In this document: positions 10,455-20,305 of the stretch, piece by piece
Layout: every line of letters starts with the position of its first letter
How positions within the stretch are numbered: the stretch's first letter is position 1
DNA from: an uncultured Pseudomonadota bacterium
Lineage (GTDB): Bacteria; Myxococcota_A; UBA796; SXON01
Assembly (NCBI GenBank): GCA_903885375.1
Contig: CAISIK010000223.1
Span: forward strand, 1,443-65,442
Direction: 5' to 3'
Length of the DNA: 64,000 bases
The notes under the pieces: generated by a model
Database searches by the model: none
Seen by the model: only the letters and a program-made list of their open reading frames with translations
What the model was told of the DNA's origin: nothing
Position numbers and translations under genes: made by a program

Positions 10455-11281
10455 TGCAGTTCGATACGCCACCCGATGTCTCACTGCTGCGGGTGGCCGT
10501 GAAACGTGCGGCGCCGCTGCCGGCCGACGGGAAGATTCCCCACATCGAAGCCCGTGCCAGCCGCCTCGAGCGGCCGGTCGCCGAGTATGCCCGGGTGTGT
10601 GGCTTCAGCACCGACACCCCCCTCCCCCTCACCTTCCCCGACCTGCTCGCGCGCGGCCTCCACCTCGCCGTGCTCACCCATCCCGCCTTTCCGCTCCGGC
10701 TCTTCGGCATCATCCACACCGAGCAGCGGATCGAGGCGCTGCGGCCGATCGCGCTCGGCGAAGCGCTGTCCGGCCGCGCCTGGGTGTCCGGTCCCCGGCC
10801 CGCCCGCCGCGGCGGCGAATTCGACCTCCACACCGAGGTCTTCGCGGGCGACACCTGCGTGTGGCGCGCCACCACCACCATCCTCTCGCGCGCCCTTCCG
10901 GGCGATGGCGAACGTCGCGTGCGGCCGCAACCAGCGCCGTTCGTCGCCGACCGCTCCACGGTGTGGGACCTCTCCGCCGACCTCGGGCGCCGGTACGCCG
11001 CGGTGAGCGGCGACCACAACCCCGTGCACCTCTGGCCGCTCACCGCCCGGCTGTTCGGGTTCAAACGCCCGATCGTACACGGCTGGTGGGCGCTGGCCCG
11101 GGCGCTGGCGGAGCTGGATAACGACGTGTCGGCCCCCTGCGTCCTCACCGCGAGCTTCCACTCGCCCCTGCCGCTCCCGGGCCGGGTCACGTTCAGCTCG
11201 GGGCGCACCAGCGCCGGCCACCATCGTTTCGAAGTCCGCCGCAAGGAAACCTGTCTCATCGGTGCCATCGAGCCCGCATGA
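10454..11281 (+). CDS. MaoC-family double hot-dog (R)-specific enoyl-CoA hydratase/dehydratase
   Basis: GRRYAAVSGDHNPVHL...IVHGWW hydratase motif; start ATG 10454 overlaps upstream TGA. Confidence 0.88.
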   Translation: MQFDTPPDVSLLRVAVKRAAPLPADGKIPHIEARASRLERPVAEYARVCGFSTDTPLPLTFPDLLARGLHLAVLTHPAFPLRLFGIIHTEQRIEALRPIALGEALSGRAWVSGPRPARRGGEFDLHTEVFAGDTCVWRATTTILSRALPGDGERRVRPQPAPFVADRSTVWDLSADLGRRYAAVSGDHNPVHLWPLTARLFGFKRPIVHGWWALARALAELDNDVSAPCVLTASFHSPLPLPGRVTFSSGRTSAGHHRFEVRRKETCLIGAIEPA

Positions 11282-12906
11282 AGGAGCGCTCGATGCACAG
11301 CCCCACCGCCGCCACCGCCCGCCGGGTGAAGGCCATCCCGCCCACGACCGCCGATGTCGTGGTCATCGGCGCCGGCCTCGGGGGATTGATGACCGCCGCG
11401 CGCCTCGCGCAGGAGGGCCGCAAGGTGGTGGTGCTCGACCAGCACTACGTGGCCGGCGGGTGCGCCACCATGTTCTCCCGCGGAAGCGGCGAGCAACGCA
11501 TCCAGTTCGACATCGGCCTGCACTACGTTGGGGAATGCGGCCCCGGCGGCAAGGTCACCCGCCTCCTCGAGGAGGTGGGCGTACACGTGGACTGGTGCCG
11601 CCTCGACGACGAGGGCTTCGACGAGCTGGTCTTTCCCGACTTCCGTTTCCCCATCCCCGCGAACCTCGACCAGTACCGCGACCAGCTCGTGGCGCGTTTC
11701 CCGTCGGAGCGGGCGGGTATCGATCGATACATCCGCTTGTGTCGCGAGGTGCGTCACCTCGGACGGGATGGCGCGCCGCGCGGCTGGGGCCAGGCCCTCG
11801 ATGCGCTGCTCCATGGGCGCCTCGCCGCCTGGAACAAGGGCGTCACGCTCGCCGAGTTCCTCGACACCTGCACCCGGGATCCGCAGCTCCGCGCCGTCAT
11901 CGCCGGCCAGAACGGCGACTACGGCCTCCCGCCCAGCAAGGTGAGCCTGCTCCTGCATTGTGGGCTCGCGATGCACTACTTCGGTGGGGCCTGGTATCCG
12001 CGCGGCGGCGGCCAGGTGATCGCCGACCGGCTCGCGGAGCGCATCGAGGCCCTCGGGTCGACCGTACACCTCCGGCACGCCGTGAGCGACGTGCTGGTAG
12101 AGGGCGGGCGCGCGGTGGGCGTACGTTTCACGCGGCCACACGGCGAAACGGCGGAGTTGCGGGCCCCCGTGGTGGTGAGCAACGCCGACCCCCGCCTCAC
12201 CTTTCTCAAGCTCACGGCGGGTGTGCCGGAGCTGGCGCCGATGGCGCGGGCCGCGGAGGGCTGGGAGATGGGCGGGGCGATCTTCCTGACCTGCCTCGCC
12301 GTGCGGTGCGACCTCGGCGCGCTCGGCATGCGCGCGCGGAACTACTGGTGTTTCGACGGCTACGACTTCGAGGAGATGTACCGGTCGGTGGGTGAAGACT
12401 CCGTCCCCGACTCCCGCGGCTGCTACATCACCAGCGCTACCCGCAAGGACCCGGAAACCCCCGGCCACGCACCGCCCGGGGTGGAGACCGTGGAGATCAT
12501 GGCGCTCGTCCCCGGGAAGAGTCGCGCGTGGGGGGTGGCGGAACCCACCGCGTACGGGCCCGGCTACCGGAGCGGAGCCGACTACGCCACCGCCAAGTCC
12601 AGGCTCGAATCGCAGATGATCGGCCGACTGGAACGGCTCTTTCCGGGGAGCACGGCCAACATCGTGCACCAAGAGAGCGCCTCTCCGGTCACCCAGACCC
12701 GCTTCACCTGGGCAAGCGACGGTACGGGCTACGGGCTCGCCGCCACACCGGGCCAGTTCATGACCAACCGGCCCGGCGCGAGAACCGCCTTGTCCGGGTT
12801 CTACCTTTGCGGGGCCTCCACCCGCTCGGGCCACGGCATCATCGGCGCGCTCGCCTCGGGCGTACAGGCGTCGCGCGCCGTGGTAAAGAATCGAGAGGTG
12901 TCATGA
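11278..12906 (+). CDS. Phytoene desaturase / retinol saturase-like FAD-dependent oxidoreductase
   Basis: VVIGAGLGGL Rossmann motif, GGC..F...FDIGLHY, YPRGG, ASPVT..RF...GTGYG, FYLCGAS...GHG. Confidence 0.88.
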   Translation: MKERSMHSPTAATARRVKAIPPTTADVVVIGAGLGGLMTAARLAQEGRKVVVLDQHYVAGGCATMFSRGSGEQRIQFDIGLHYVGECGPGGKVTRLLEEVGVHVDWCRLDDEGFDELVFPDFRFPIPANLDQYRDQLVARFPSERAGIDRYIRLCREVRHLGRDGAPRGWGQALDALLHGRLAAWNKGVTLAEFLDTCTRDPQLRAVIAGQNGDYGLPPSKVSLLLHCGLAMHYFGGAWYPRGGGQVIADRLAERIEALGSTVHLRHAVSDVLVEGGRAVGVRFTRPHGETAELRAPVVVSNADPRLTFLKLTAGVPELAPMARAAEGWEMGGAIFLTCLAVRCDLGALGMRARNYWCFDGYDFEEMYRSVGEDSVPDSRGCYITSATRKDPETPGHAPPGVETVEIMALVPGKSRAWGVAEPTAYGPGYRSGADYATAKSRLESQMIGRLERLFPGSTANIVHQESASPVTQTRFTWASDGTGYGLAATPGQFMTNRPGARTALSGFYLCGASTRSGHGIIGALASGVQASRAVVKNREVS

Positions 12907-14216
12907 CCCTGCTCTTCCTGATGGGGTGCGACCCCGCTGATGAGTCCGGCGAGGCGGGTCTGGACCTCCAGCTCGGCGTCAACGCGGCGGTGGGCAGCGT
13001 GGTGGAGCTCGCGGTGCAGAGCGAGGAGGCCAGCACCCTCCAGATCACCTACGGGGTGGGCGAGGAGCGCAACCACAGCGTCACCGTCCCCGTTGCGGCC
13101 GCCGCACACGCCGTGCACCTCTACGGTCTCCCCTACGGCTACGAGGTGGGCGTCACGGTGGAGGCCACCACCGAGGCCGGGGCCACCTCGACGGGGACAG
13201 CCTCGATCAGTACCGACGGCCTCCCCAGCGATTTTCCCGGCTACACCTCCGGCGGCGAGATCACGGCCTGGACCGACAGCTACGCGGTGCTGAACACGGC
13301 GGGCTCCGCCAACTACGCCTTCATCCTCGATGGTGCGGGCCGCGTGGTGTGGTCTTGGAAGATCGAGCTGCAACCCGACGAGGCGCTGATGCGCGCCCTG
13401 CTCGGCACCGACGGCGAAACGATGTACCTCGTGGTGGCCGGTCGCTCGGAAGAAACCGCGCCCCTGAGCCGGGTCGTGAAGGTGCCGCTCCACGGCGCCG
13501 ACCTGGAAACCTGGGAATGGCCCCACCTCGACCACGACATCGTCGACCTGGGCGGGGGCTCGCTCGCGGGCATCGAGCGCGTCGTCCAGGATGGCCTCCA
13601 GGGCGATGCCGTGGTGGAACGCGACGCCGCCGGGCAATTCACGACGTTGTACTCCACGTGGGAGGACCCGCAGCTCGGCGAGCCGAAGTCCAACTCCGCC
13701 GAAAATACGTGGACGCACATGGAGTCCCTCGACTGGGACGAGTCCACCGGGCTCCTGTCCTTCCAGACCTACCTCACGGACCAGTTCGTGCGCTTCAACC
13801 GCGCCGACGGTGTGCCGGTGCTCCACCTGTACGGCGAGGGCAGCGACTACGCGCCGGCCGAGGGCGAAACGGCGCTTCACGTCGCGCACCAGTTCGAAGT
13901 GCTCGGTCCCGACCACTTCCTGCACTTCGAGAACGGCGGCCGCGAGCGCAACGCCAGCCGCGCCGTGGAGTACCAGCTCGACGAGGCCTCGATGACCTAC
14001 CGCGAGGTCTGGTCGCACATGAGCGACCCGCCCTTGTACGTGTACATCAAGGGCGACGTGAAACGTTTCGACGATGGCACCACGCAGATCCTGTGGGCCA
14101 CGGCCGGCCGGCTGGAAGACGTGAACGCCAGCGGCGCGGTGGACTGGTGGCTCCAGCTCGACCTCGGCGCGGTGTTCACCTACGTGCAGCACGTGAGCGC
14201 GCTCGGCGCGAACTGA
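12903..14216 (+). CDS. Arylsulfate sulfotransferase (ASST)-like beta-propeller lipoprotein
   Basis: Lipobox LMGC; HLDHD, WTHMES, AHQF, FENG, SRAVEY.LD, GDVKR..DG.T.I.W motifs; ATGA overlap. Confidence 0.7.
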   Translation: MTLLFLMGCDPADESGEAGLDLQLGVNAAVGSVVELAVQSEEASTLQITYGVGEERNHSVTVPVAAAAHAVHLYGLPYGYEVGVTVEATTEAGATSTGTASISTDGLPSDFPGYTSGGEITAWTDSYAVLNTAGSANYAFILDGAGRVVWSWKIELQPDEALMRALLGTDGETMYLVVAGRSEETAPLSRVVKVPLHGADLETWEWPHLDHDIVDLGGGSLAGIERVVQDGLQGDAVVERDAAGQFTTLYSTWEDPQLGEPKSNSAENTWTHMESLDWDESTGLLSFQTYLTDQFVRFNRADGVPVLHLYGEGSDYAPAEGETALHVAHQFEVLGPDHFLHFENGGRERNASRAVEYQLDEASMTYREVWSHMSDPPLYVYIKGDVKRFDDGTTQILWATAGRLEDVNASGAVDWWLQLDLGAVFTYVQHVSALGAN

Positions 14217-14240
14217 GCGCTCGCCGCGCGGCCGCCCGCA

Positions 14241-15302
14241 TCAGCCCCCGACGGGACGCATCTCCACGTTCCGCACCCGAACCGTGCCGGTGCCGGCACG
14301 ATTGTCCACGCAGAGCCGCACGGAGGCCACGCCGGGCTGCGGGTCGGCCCGGCCCTCGAAGGCCGTCCAGGACAGGGAGCGGCGGCCCTGCGCCACGAAG
14401 AGCTGCGAGCCTCCCGGGAGGCTTCCGGGGGGCATCAGCCGCCCCTCCGCCCCGAGCAGGCGCAAGGCAACCCGGGCGCCCTTGGTCTTCGCCGTGCCCA
14501 CCGATTCGAGCGACCACTCCCCCTTCACGACCACCGGCCCCGCGAGGGAGGCCTCCTCGCTGAGGCACGCCATCGGCGTGACCGAAGTGCGGCTCCCCTT
14601 CACCTCCAGCACCCCGCCGCTGAAGCGCACGCTCTTGCCGCTCAACGATGGGGGCACGGCATACCAGCCGCCGCCGATGGTGGAGCGTGGCGCCGCCCGC
14701 TCCGTGGGCCCCTCCTCAGGGGTGGGCGCCTCGGCGTCGGCTTCCGGCACCTCGGCGCTCGCGACCGCGGCTTCCGGCTCCGGGGCGTCAGGCGCCGCCC
14801 CAACGCCGAAGCCCCACGCGAGCAGCGCCACCACCACCACCACCGTGGCCAGCGTGGGGTAGAGCCACTCCGACACGGGCGTGCCGCCCCCGCCCGCGGC
14901 GCTCGCCGGGGCACCGGCCTCCGACCAGGCGAGCAGCGCCGCCGGAAGGGTGCCCTCCCCCATCGCCACCAGCGAGCCATCGCGTCCCACCTGCGCCCAA
15001 CCCGGGAAGGCGGCGCGGGTAGCGACATTGAACCGGCCGAGCCGCGCCAGGAGCTGCCCCTCCGCATCACTGCTGAGCGGAATCGTCAGCCTCCGCTCCT
15101 GACGGAACGACGCCAGCGCCGCCGGGGAGTCGACCGAGACGAGCCGGCACGCCGCTCCCCCCGCGAAGACCCGCTCCAGCTGCGCGGCCACCGCGTGCCC
15201 CTCGGGGGTGAGCACGTGCTCCACGAACGCCAGAAGCTCGCCCACCACCGGCACCATGGCCCCGGTGTGGTCGGCCAGCCTGACATCGCGGAGGTCGATC
15301 AC
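14241..15302 (-). CDS. Hypothetical membrane-anchored protein with C-terminal beta-sandwich (carbohydrate-binding-like) domain
   Basis: Central TM (WLYPTLATVVVVVALLAWGFGV), acidic Pro/Ala linker, beta-rich C-terminus; start uncertain. Confidence 0.6.
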   Translation of the reverse strand: MIDLRDVRLADHTGAMVPVVGELLAFVEHVLTPEGHAVAAQLERVFAGGAACRLVSVDSPAALASFRQERRLTIPLSSDAEGQLLARLGRFNVATRAAFPGWAQVGRDGSLVAMGEGTLPAALLAWSEAGAPASAAGGGGTPVSEWLYPTLATVVVVVALLAWGFGVGAAPDAPEPEAAVASAEVPEADAEAPTPEEGPTERAAPRSTIGGGWYAVPPSLSGKSVRFSGGVLEVKGSRTSVTPMACLSEEASLAGPVVVKGEWSLESVGTAKTKGARVALRLLGAEGRLMPPGSLPGGSQLFVAQGRRSLSWTAFEGRADPQPGVASVRLCVDNRAGTGTVRVRNVEMRPVGG

Positions 15303-15385
15303 GCGCGCCTGCGCGCGCGGGGAACGCCGGCTCCAACCGCTCCGGCCCGGATCGAACGGTCTGGCGCCCGCATCGTTCGAGGCCG

Positions 15386-16027
15386 CTAACTTTCGCCCGA
15401 AGAGCCGGGATGCCGACGCACGAGCACCCGCGCCGGCGGCACGTTCAGCGGCACCGTGCGCCGCTCCACCACGAGCGGCTGCAACGACTGCTCGATCTCG
15501 AGGATCTTGCCGATGCGCTCGCGCGACTGGCCGGTGGTGAACGTGTTCATCAGCTCGCGCCCCATGACGTGCTCGAACATCACGAAGGTGCCCTGCGGCT
15601 CGAGCAGCTCGAAGATGCGGGCGTAGATCTTCTCCACCATCTCGGCTGGGAAGTTCGCGAGCGGGAGCCCGCTGACCACGTGGTGGTACCGAATGCCGGG
15701 GTTGAAGTCGAGGATGCTCACTTCGTGCACCGAAGGCGGCACCTGGGCCCCGCCGAACCGCTCACGAAGAACGACGCAGAACTCGGGATTCAGCTCCACC
15801 ACGTCGAGGCGATCACCCGGGAGCATCCGCGAAACGAGCTCCTCCGTGACCGGACCCACGCCCGCCCCGATCTCGAGCACGCGCAAGGGGCCATCCCGGT
15901 GCACCGAGCTGAAGACCGGCGCCACCATCGCCCGGGACAGGGCCCGACTCGACGGCCAGACCGCCCCGACGGTGGCGGTCTGCTGGAGGGACTGCTGGAA
16001 GAAACGAAGCGGTGAAGGAGGCGCCAT
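15386..16027 (-). CDS. Class I SAM methyltransferase, phospholipid N-methyltransferase-like
   Basis: TVGAVWPSSRAL, VLEIGAGVG, VELNPEF, VVSGLPL.NF, NVPPARV motifs. Confidence 0.85.
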   Translation of the reverse strand: MAPPSPLRFFQQSLQQTATVGAVWPSSRALSRAMVAPVFSSVHRDGPLRVLEIGAGVGPVTEELVSRMLPGDRLDVVELNPEFCVVLRERFGGAQVPPSVHEVSILDFNPGIRYHHVVSGLPLANFPAEMVEKIYARIFELLEPQGTFVMFEHVMGRELMNTFTTGQSRERIGKILEIEQSLQPLVVERRTVPLNVPPARVLVRRHPGSSGES

Positions 16028-16084
16028 GACCCTTCCTTGCAGGTCGTTTAGTGCGATTGGAGGCCCGCGCCAAGCCCCAAATGG

Positions 16085-17719
16085 TCACGTTCTCTCCACG
16101 CCGGCGAGCAGTTCTGCCGCGGCAGCCCGAGCGGCCGCCCCCACACGCGCGCCCCCGAGCATGCGCGCGAGCTCCTCCACCCGCTCCTCCGGCCCCAGGA
16201 GCACCACCGAAGAGCGGGTCCGCTCCCCCACAACCTGCTTGCGAACATGGAAGTGTTGCTGTCCAAACGCGGCGATCTGCGGAAGGTGCGTCACGCATAC
16301 GACGGGGTGATACTTTGATACATCTCGCAGCTTCTGCCCGATGGCCTCGGCCACCGCGCCTCCCACACCGGTGTCCACCTCGTCGAAAACGTACATGCCC
16401 GCCGGCCCGAGCGCCGCCAGCACGCGCTTCACCGCGAGCAACGCGCGGGAGAGTTCGCCTCCACTCGCCACCTTCCGCAACGGCCGGGGCTCCTCGCCGC
16501 GGTTGGTGGCGATGAGGAACTCCACGTGGTCCGCCCCCCGAGGACCCTGCCCGGCTTCCGCCACCTCCACCGCCACCCGCGCCTCGCCCATCCCCAGCGA
16601 GGCGAGCTCCTCCGTGATGGCGCCCGCGAGCTGCGAGGCCGAAGCCCTCCGCCGCGCGGAAAGGGCTGTGGAACGCCGCGCTACCCCTTCCTGCAGCCGC
16701 CCCACCTCCGCCTCCGCGTCGAGGATGCTGTTGCCGATGTCGGCGAGCGCCGCCAGCTCCTTCGCCCGTTCGGCGTGCGCGGCCGTGAGGTCCTCCCCAT
16801 GCTTCCGGCGCAGGCGACGCAGCTCGTGCGCGGCATCCTCCAGCCGGGCGAGGCGCGCCGGGTCGGCCCGAAGCCCGCGCACGTAACGCCCCAGCTCGTG
16901 TGCAACGTCCGCGAGCTCGGTCTCCACCGTGGCAAGCCGCTCCGCCAGCACGCCGAGCGTGGGGTCGAGCCTCGCGGCCGCCGCGAGGTCGGCCGATACG
17001 CGCGCCACCCGCTCGGTGGCCGACGCCTCGCCCGAGTGCAGCCGGCCCTCGGCGGCGCCGACCAGCCCGGACAGCTCGTGCACGTTGCGGAGGCGCTGCA
17101 CCTCGGCGTCATCCACATCCAGCTCGAGCACCCGCTCCAGCTCGGCGAGCTGGAAGCGCAGCCAGTCCGAGCGGTCCTCCCGCAGCGCCGCCATGAGCGC
17201 CTCCACCCGACTGCGCGCGGCGATCAGCTCCTCCCAGGCGCTCCGGAACTCGGCGGCGTCGGTGGCCAGGCCGGCGTAGGCGTCGAGGTAGGAGAGGTGG
17301 GAGCCGGCATCCACGAGGGAGTGGTGCTCGTGCTGGGAGCTGATGTCGCAGAGGCCCGCGCCGATGCGCGCGAGCTCCGACACGGTGGAGAGCCGACCGT
17401 CCACATAGGCGCGCGTCCGGCCGCTCGCCTCCACCGTGCGCCGGAGCAGGAGCTCCCCGTCGGGTGCGAGCTCCTCCCCCAGCCGGGCCCGGGCCGTGGG
17501 GTTCTGGCGCAGGTCGAAGATGGCCTCGATGTCGGCGCGCTCGGCGCCCGTCCGCACCATCTCCGGACGCGCGCGCGCCCCGAGCACCAACTGGAGCGCG
17601 TCCACGAGGATCGACTTTCCCGCGCCGGTCTCCCCGGTCACGACGTTCAGCCCCGGGCCGAAGGCCACCTCCAGCTCCTCCACGATCGCAAACTGTCGGA
17701 TTCGCAGCAGGGAGAGCAT
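16085..17719 (-). CDS. recN: DNA repair protein RecN
   Basis: L.IRQFAIV.EL, TGETGAGKS (Walker A), ASGGELSR, VFDEVDTGVGG, VTHLPQIAA, RVEELARMLGG; start moved to ATG 17719. Confidence 0.96.
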   Translation of the reverse strand: MLSLLRIRQFAIVEELEVAFGPGLNVVTGETGAGKSILVDALQLVLGARARPEMVRTGAERADIEAIFDLRQNPTARARLGEELAPDGELLLRRTVEASGRTRAYVDGRLSTVSELARIGAGLCDISSQHEHHSLVDAGSHLSYLDAYAGLATDAAEFRSAWEELIAARSRVEALMAALREDRSDWLRFQLAELERVLELDVDDAEVQRLRNVHELSGLVGAAEGRLHSGEASATERVARVSADLAAAARLDPTLGVLAERLATVETELADVAHELGRYVRGLRADPARLARLEDAAHELRRLRRKHGEDLTAAHAERAKELAALADIGNSILDAEAEVGRLQEGVARRSTALSARRRASASQLAGAITEELASLGMGEARVAVEVAEAGQGPRGADHVEFLIATNRGEEPRPLRKVASGGELSRALLAVKRVLAALGPAGMYVFDEVDTGVGGAVAEAIGQKLRDVSKYHPVVCVTHLPQIAAFGQQHFHVRKQVVGERTRSSVVLLGPEERVEELARMLGGARVGAAARAAAAELLAGVERT

Positions 17720-17723
17720 CGAG

Positions 17724-19208
17724 TCAGTTCCTCGGGCGCGGGCGGCGGAAGAAGCGGGACAACCCCCAGCCGAGGCCGGCGGATAGCACGAGCTCGGCGG
17801 CCAGCATGGCGGGCATGCGGGAGCCACTCGGGGCGGGGACAGGCGGGTTGGCGAGGTAGCGAGCCCGGCGCGCCTCCACCTCGGCGCGGGCGGCCAGCGC
17901 GTTGCCCACGAGCGACTCCATCGTGGAGGCGCGCAGCCGCGCCGCCGCCTCCGGATCGCTCCGCGCTACCGCGAGCTGGTCGGCCTCGCGGCGCCAGAGG
18001 GCGCGCACGCTCGTGCCCGCGCGCGACAGGGCATCCCGCTGCTCGAGGAAGAAGGCCTCACGCTCCGCGGGCGTGGCATCCTCCCGGATGGCCGAGGCGG
18101 GGTCGCCCTTCGCCTCGGTGTAGCTCGCGCCCGGCTCGCGGAAGCGCGGGTCCACCAGCGCGCGGGTGCGCGCGTAGGTGTCGGCCGCGTGCGGCGCCGA
18201 GATGCCGATGAGCGCCACCACCGAGTCGCGCACGGCCGTAGGCGAGTCCGGCACGGCGGTCACCGGGGCCATGTCGGGCGCGTCGGACCGCGCGGCGTCG
18301 AGGAGGCCCTCCTCCCCGAGCAGGAGCGCCTGCTCGGTGATCAGCTCGCCGAGCAGGTGGTGGTTGGTGATGCTGTTCATGCCCACGCTGGCGAGGGTGG
18401 GCAGCTCCCCGAAGTACCCGCCGCCGGTACGCGCGCCGAGGCCGAGCCGCGTGAACCACGCATCCTTGAAGAAGTCGTACAGGCCGACCTGCACGGTATG
18501 GATGGGAGTGCCCACATCCTCCGCGTAGTGCAGGGCGGCGCCGAACCAGCAGGCGCCGAGGCCGTCGTGCCCCGCGAGGAAGGCGAGCGTGGCGAGGTCG
18601 GCGTGCGCCTGGGCCATCTCGGGTGCCAGGGTAATGATCGGCCCCTCGGGCCACCCGGCGGCCACCGCGAAGCGCTCCGGCTGGGTGCGGAGCACCTCGG
18701 GATCATCCGAGAACTCCCCGCGTTGGAGGGCGTAGTGCGCGTGTGCCTGGCTGGACACGGAGCCGAGCCGGCCCATGTTGAGGAGGATGGGGTCGTCGGG
18801 AACGCCGGGCAGCGCGGCACGGTCGGGGCCGTGGGCGCGGCGCTCGCGGTTGCGCCCGTCGTCGTCGGGTCGCCGCGAGCCTTGCGCGAGGGCGGCGAGG
18901 AGGGTGTCGGCGGTGTCGAAGCGGTCGAGCCCCACCACCGAGGCCTCGGGGTTGAGTGACAGGAGCTCCTTGAACGCCCAGGCATCGAACGCGGCGGACT
19001 CGGGGTAGCGCGCCGTCCACGCCGCGGCATGCCGCGAGCCGCGCGCCCACCCGTCGATCTCCGCGAGCAGCGCCGCCGCCTCCTCGGGCCTCGCCGGCGC
19101 GACCTGGGCCGCCCCCACCGTCGAACGCAACGCCGCCTCGGTGAGGGCCTCGTGCACGCGTTCGCCGAACGCCGCCGCGGTGGACACCATGGCCAGCGAG
19201 AGGATCAC
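17724..19208 (-). CDS. Secreted, C-terminally anchored protein; possible Zn-dependent phospholipase C / S1-P1 nuclease fold
   Basis: Signal peptide, then AFGERVHEALT; PDDD; HAHY; GAALHYAEDVGTPIHT; NHHLLGE; C-terminal TM plus basic tail. Confidence 0.55.
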   Translation of the reverse strand: MILSLAMVSTAAAFGERVHEALTEAALRSTVGAAQVAPARPEEAAALLAEIDGWARGSRHAAAWTARYPESAAFDAWAFKELLSLNPEASVVGLDRFDTADTLLAALAQGSRRPDDDGRNRERRAHGPDRAALPGVPDDPILLNMGRLGSVSSQAHAHYALQRGEFSDDPEVLRTQPERFAVAAGWPEGPIITLAPEMAQAHADLATLAFLAGHDGLGACWFGAALHYAEDVGTPIHTVQVGLYDFFKDAWFTRLGLGARTGGGYFGELPTLASVGMNSITNHHLLGELITEQALLLGEEGLLDAARSDAPDMAPVTAVPDSPTAVRDSVVALIGISAPHAADTYARTRALVDPRFREPGASYTEAKGDPASAIREDATPAEREAFFLEQRDALSRAGTSVRALWRREADQLAVARSDPEAAARLRASTMESLVGNALAARAEVEARRARYLANPPVPAPSGSRMPAMLAAELVLSAGLGWGLSRFFRRPRPRN

Positions 19209-19864
19209 GGCCCTCGGTACACGAACCGCGAGCTGCCCACCCGCACCTCGTCCCCATCCTTCAGGCGCACGTTCACGACGCTCTTGCCGTTGACGTACAT
19301 GGGAATGAGGAACGAGCCGCGCCGCGCCGCCGCGCCGCCAGACTGGGGCGCGATGGACCCCGGACTCACGAAGGGCAGCACACCCGCGACGGGCAGATCG
19401 GCGCCGAACGTGAGCCCATCGCCCACGGGATGCGCCGTGCCGTCGACCGATTCGAGGGTGGGGGCGGCGGCCGTGACCACCGGGTCGGGCGCGGGCGGCA
19501 GGCCACCGCCGGGGTTGGTGCGGGAGTCGGCGGCGTTCTCCGCCTCGGTGTCGGCGTACTCGGGCTGGTCGCCCGCATCGTCCATGCGGAAGGTGAGGGT
19601 GAACTTGCCGAGGATGAGCACGTCACCATCGGCGAGCCGGTGCTGCTCCACGGTGGCGCCGTTCACCATCGTCCCGTTCGCGCTGCCGTTGTCGGAGAGG
19701 AGCCAGCCGCCGTCGGCGCGCTCCACGAGCGCGTGCTTCCGGCTCACATCCTGATCGGGGAGCACGAGGTCGGCGGTGTCGATGCGACCGATGATGATCG
19801 CGTCGGTGAGCAGACGGTACGCCCGCGTGGGGCGCCCCTCCTCCTCGATCAGAAAGCGGGCCAT
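19205..19864 (-). CDS. FHA domain-containing protein (two FHA-like domains, second degenerate)
   Basis: IGR..TADL...VSRKHA...DNGSANGTMVNG...LADGD; second VNG...LKDGDEVRVG; GGAG RBS before ATG 19864. Confidence 0.88.
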   Translation of the reverse strand: MARFLIEEEGRPTRAYRLLTDAIIIGRIDTADLVLPDQDVSRKHALVERADGGWLLSDNGSANGTMVNGATVEQHRLADGDVLILGKFTLTFRMDDAGDQPEYADTEAENAADSRTNPGGGLPPAPDPVVTAAAPTLESVDGTAHPVGDGLTFGADLPVAGVLPFVSPGSIAPQSGGAAARRGSFLIPMYVNGKSVVNVRLKDGDEVRVGSSRFVYRGP

Positions 19865-19954
19865 GGGTTCTCCGGAGGCACCTGTACTATCAAGAAAGAG
19901 GGCGACAGGTCGCGCCCGCATCGCCTCGGCCCCCCCGCTCGCGACGCTCCGGGG

Positions 19955-20305
19955 CTAGCCGCGAAGCCGCTCGATCTCGCGACGGTCCCGCTTCGTAGGC
20001 CGACCGGCGCCGGCATCCCGAGCCGCGGCCGGCGGCTCATCGACCTCGGGGGGCGTGCGGTCCTCGTAGAGGAGCCGCGCCACCTCGGCGCCGCCACGCA
20101 CCGCGGAGAGGCCCCGCACGAGGAGCACCTTGCGGCCGCCGGGCGTGCGCGCGATGAGCTCGTCGCCGACCCGGACGGCGGTGGCGGGGTCGCACCGGTT
20201 CCCGTCGCGGGTCACCTTGCCCTCCTTGAGCGCGAGGGCCGCCTGCGAGCGGGTCTTCCAGAACCGCGCCGCCCACAGCCACTTGTCCGCGCGGACCTCG
20301 GTCAC
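19955..20305 (-). CDS. hslR: Ribosome-associated heat shock protein Hsp15 (S4 domain)
   Basis: R.DKWLWAARF.KTRS.A, LYED.TP, GRPTKRDRR. Confidence 0.93.
   Translation of the reverse strand: MTEVRADKWLWAARFWKTRSQAALALKEGKVTRDGNRCDPATAVRVGDELIARTPGGRKVLLVRGLSAVRGGAEVARLLYEDRTPPEVDEPPAAARDAGAGRPTKRDRREIERLRG

Noticed and set aside
11278-12906. crtI / carotenoid cluster
   Set aside because: No crtB or crtE nearby; only a family-level assignment is supportable
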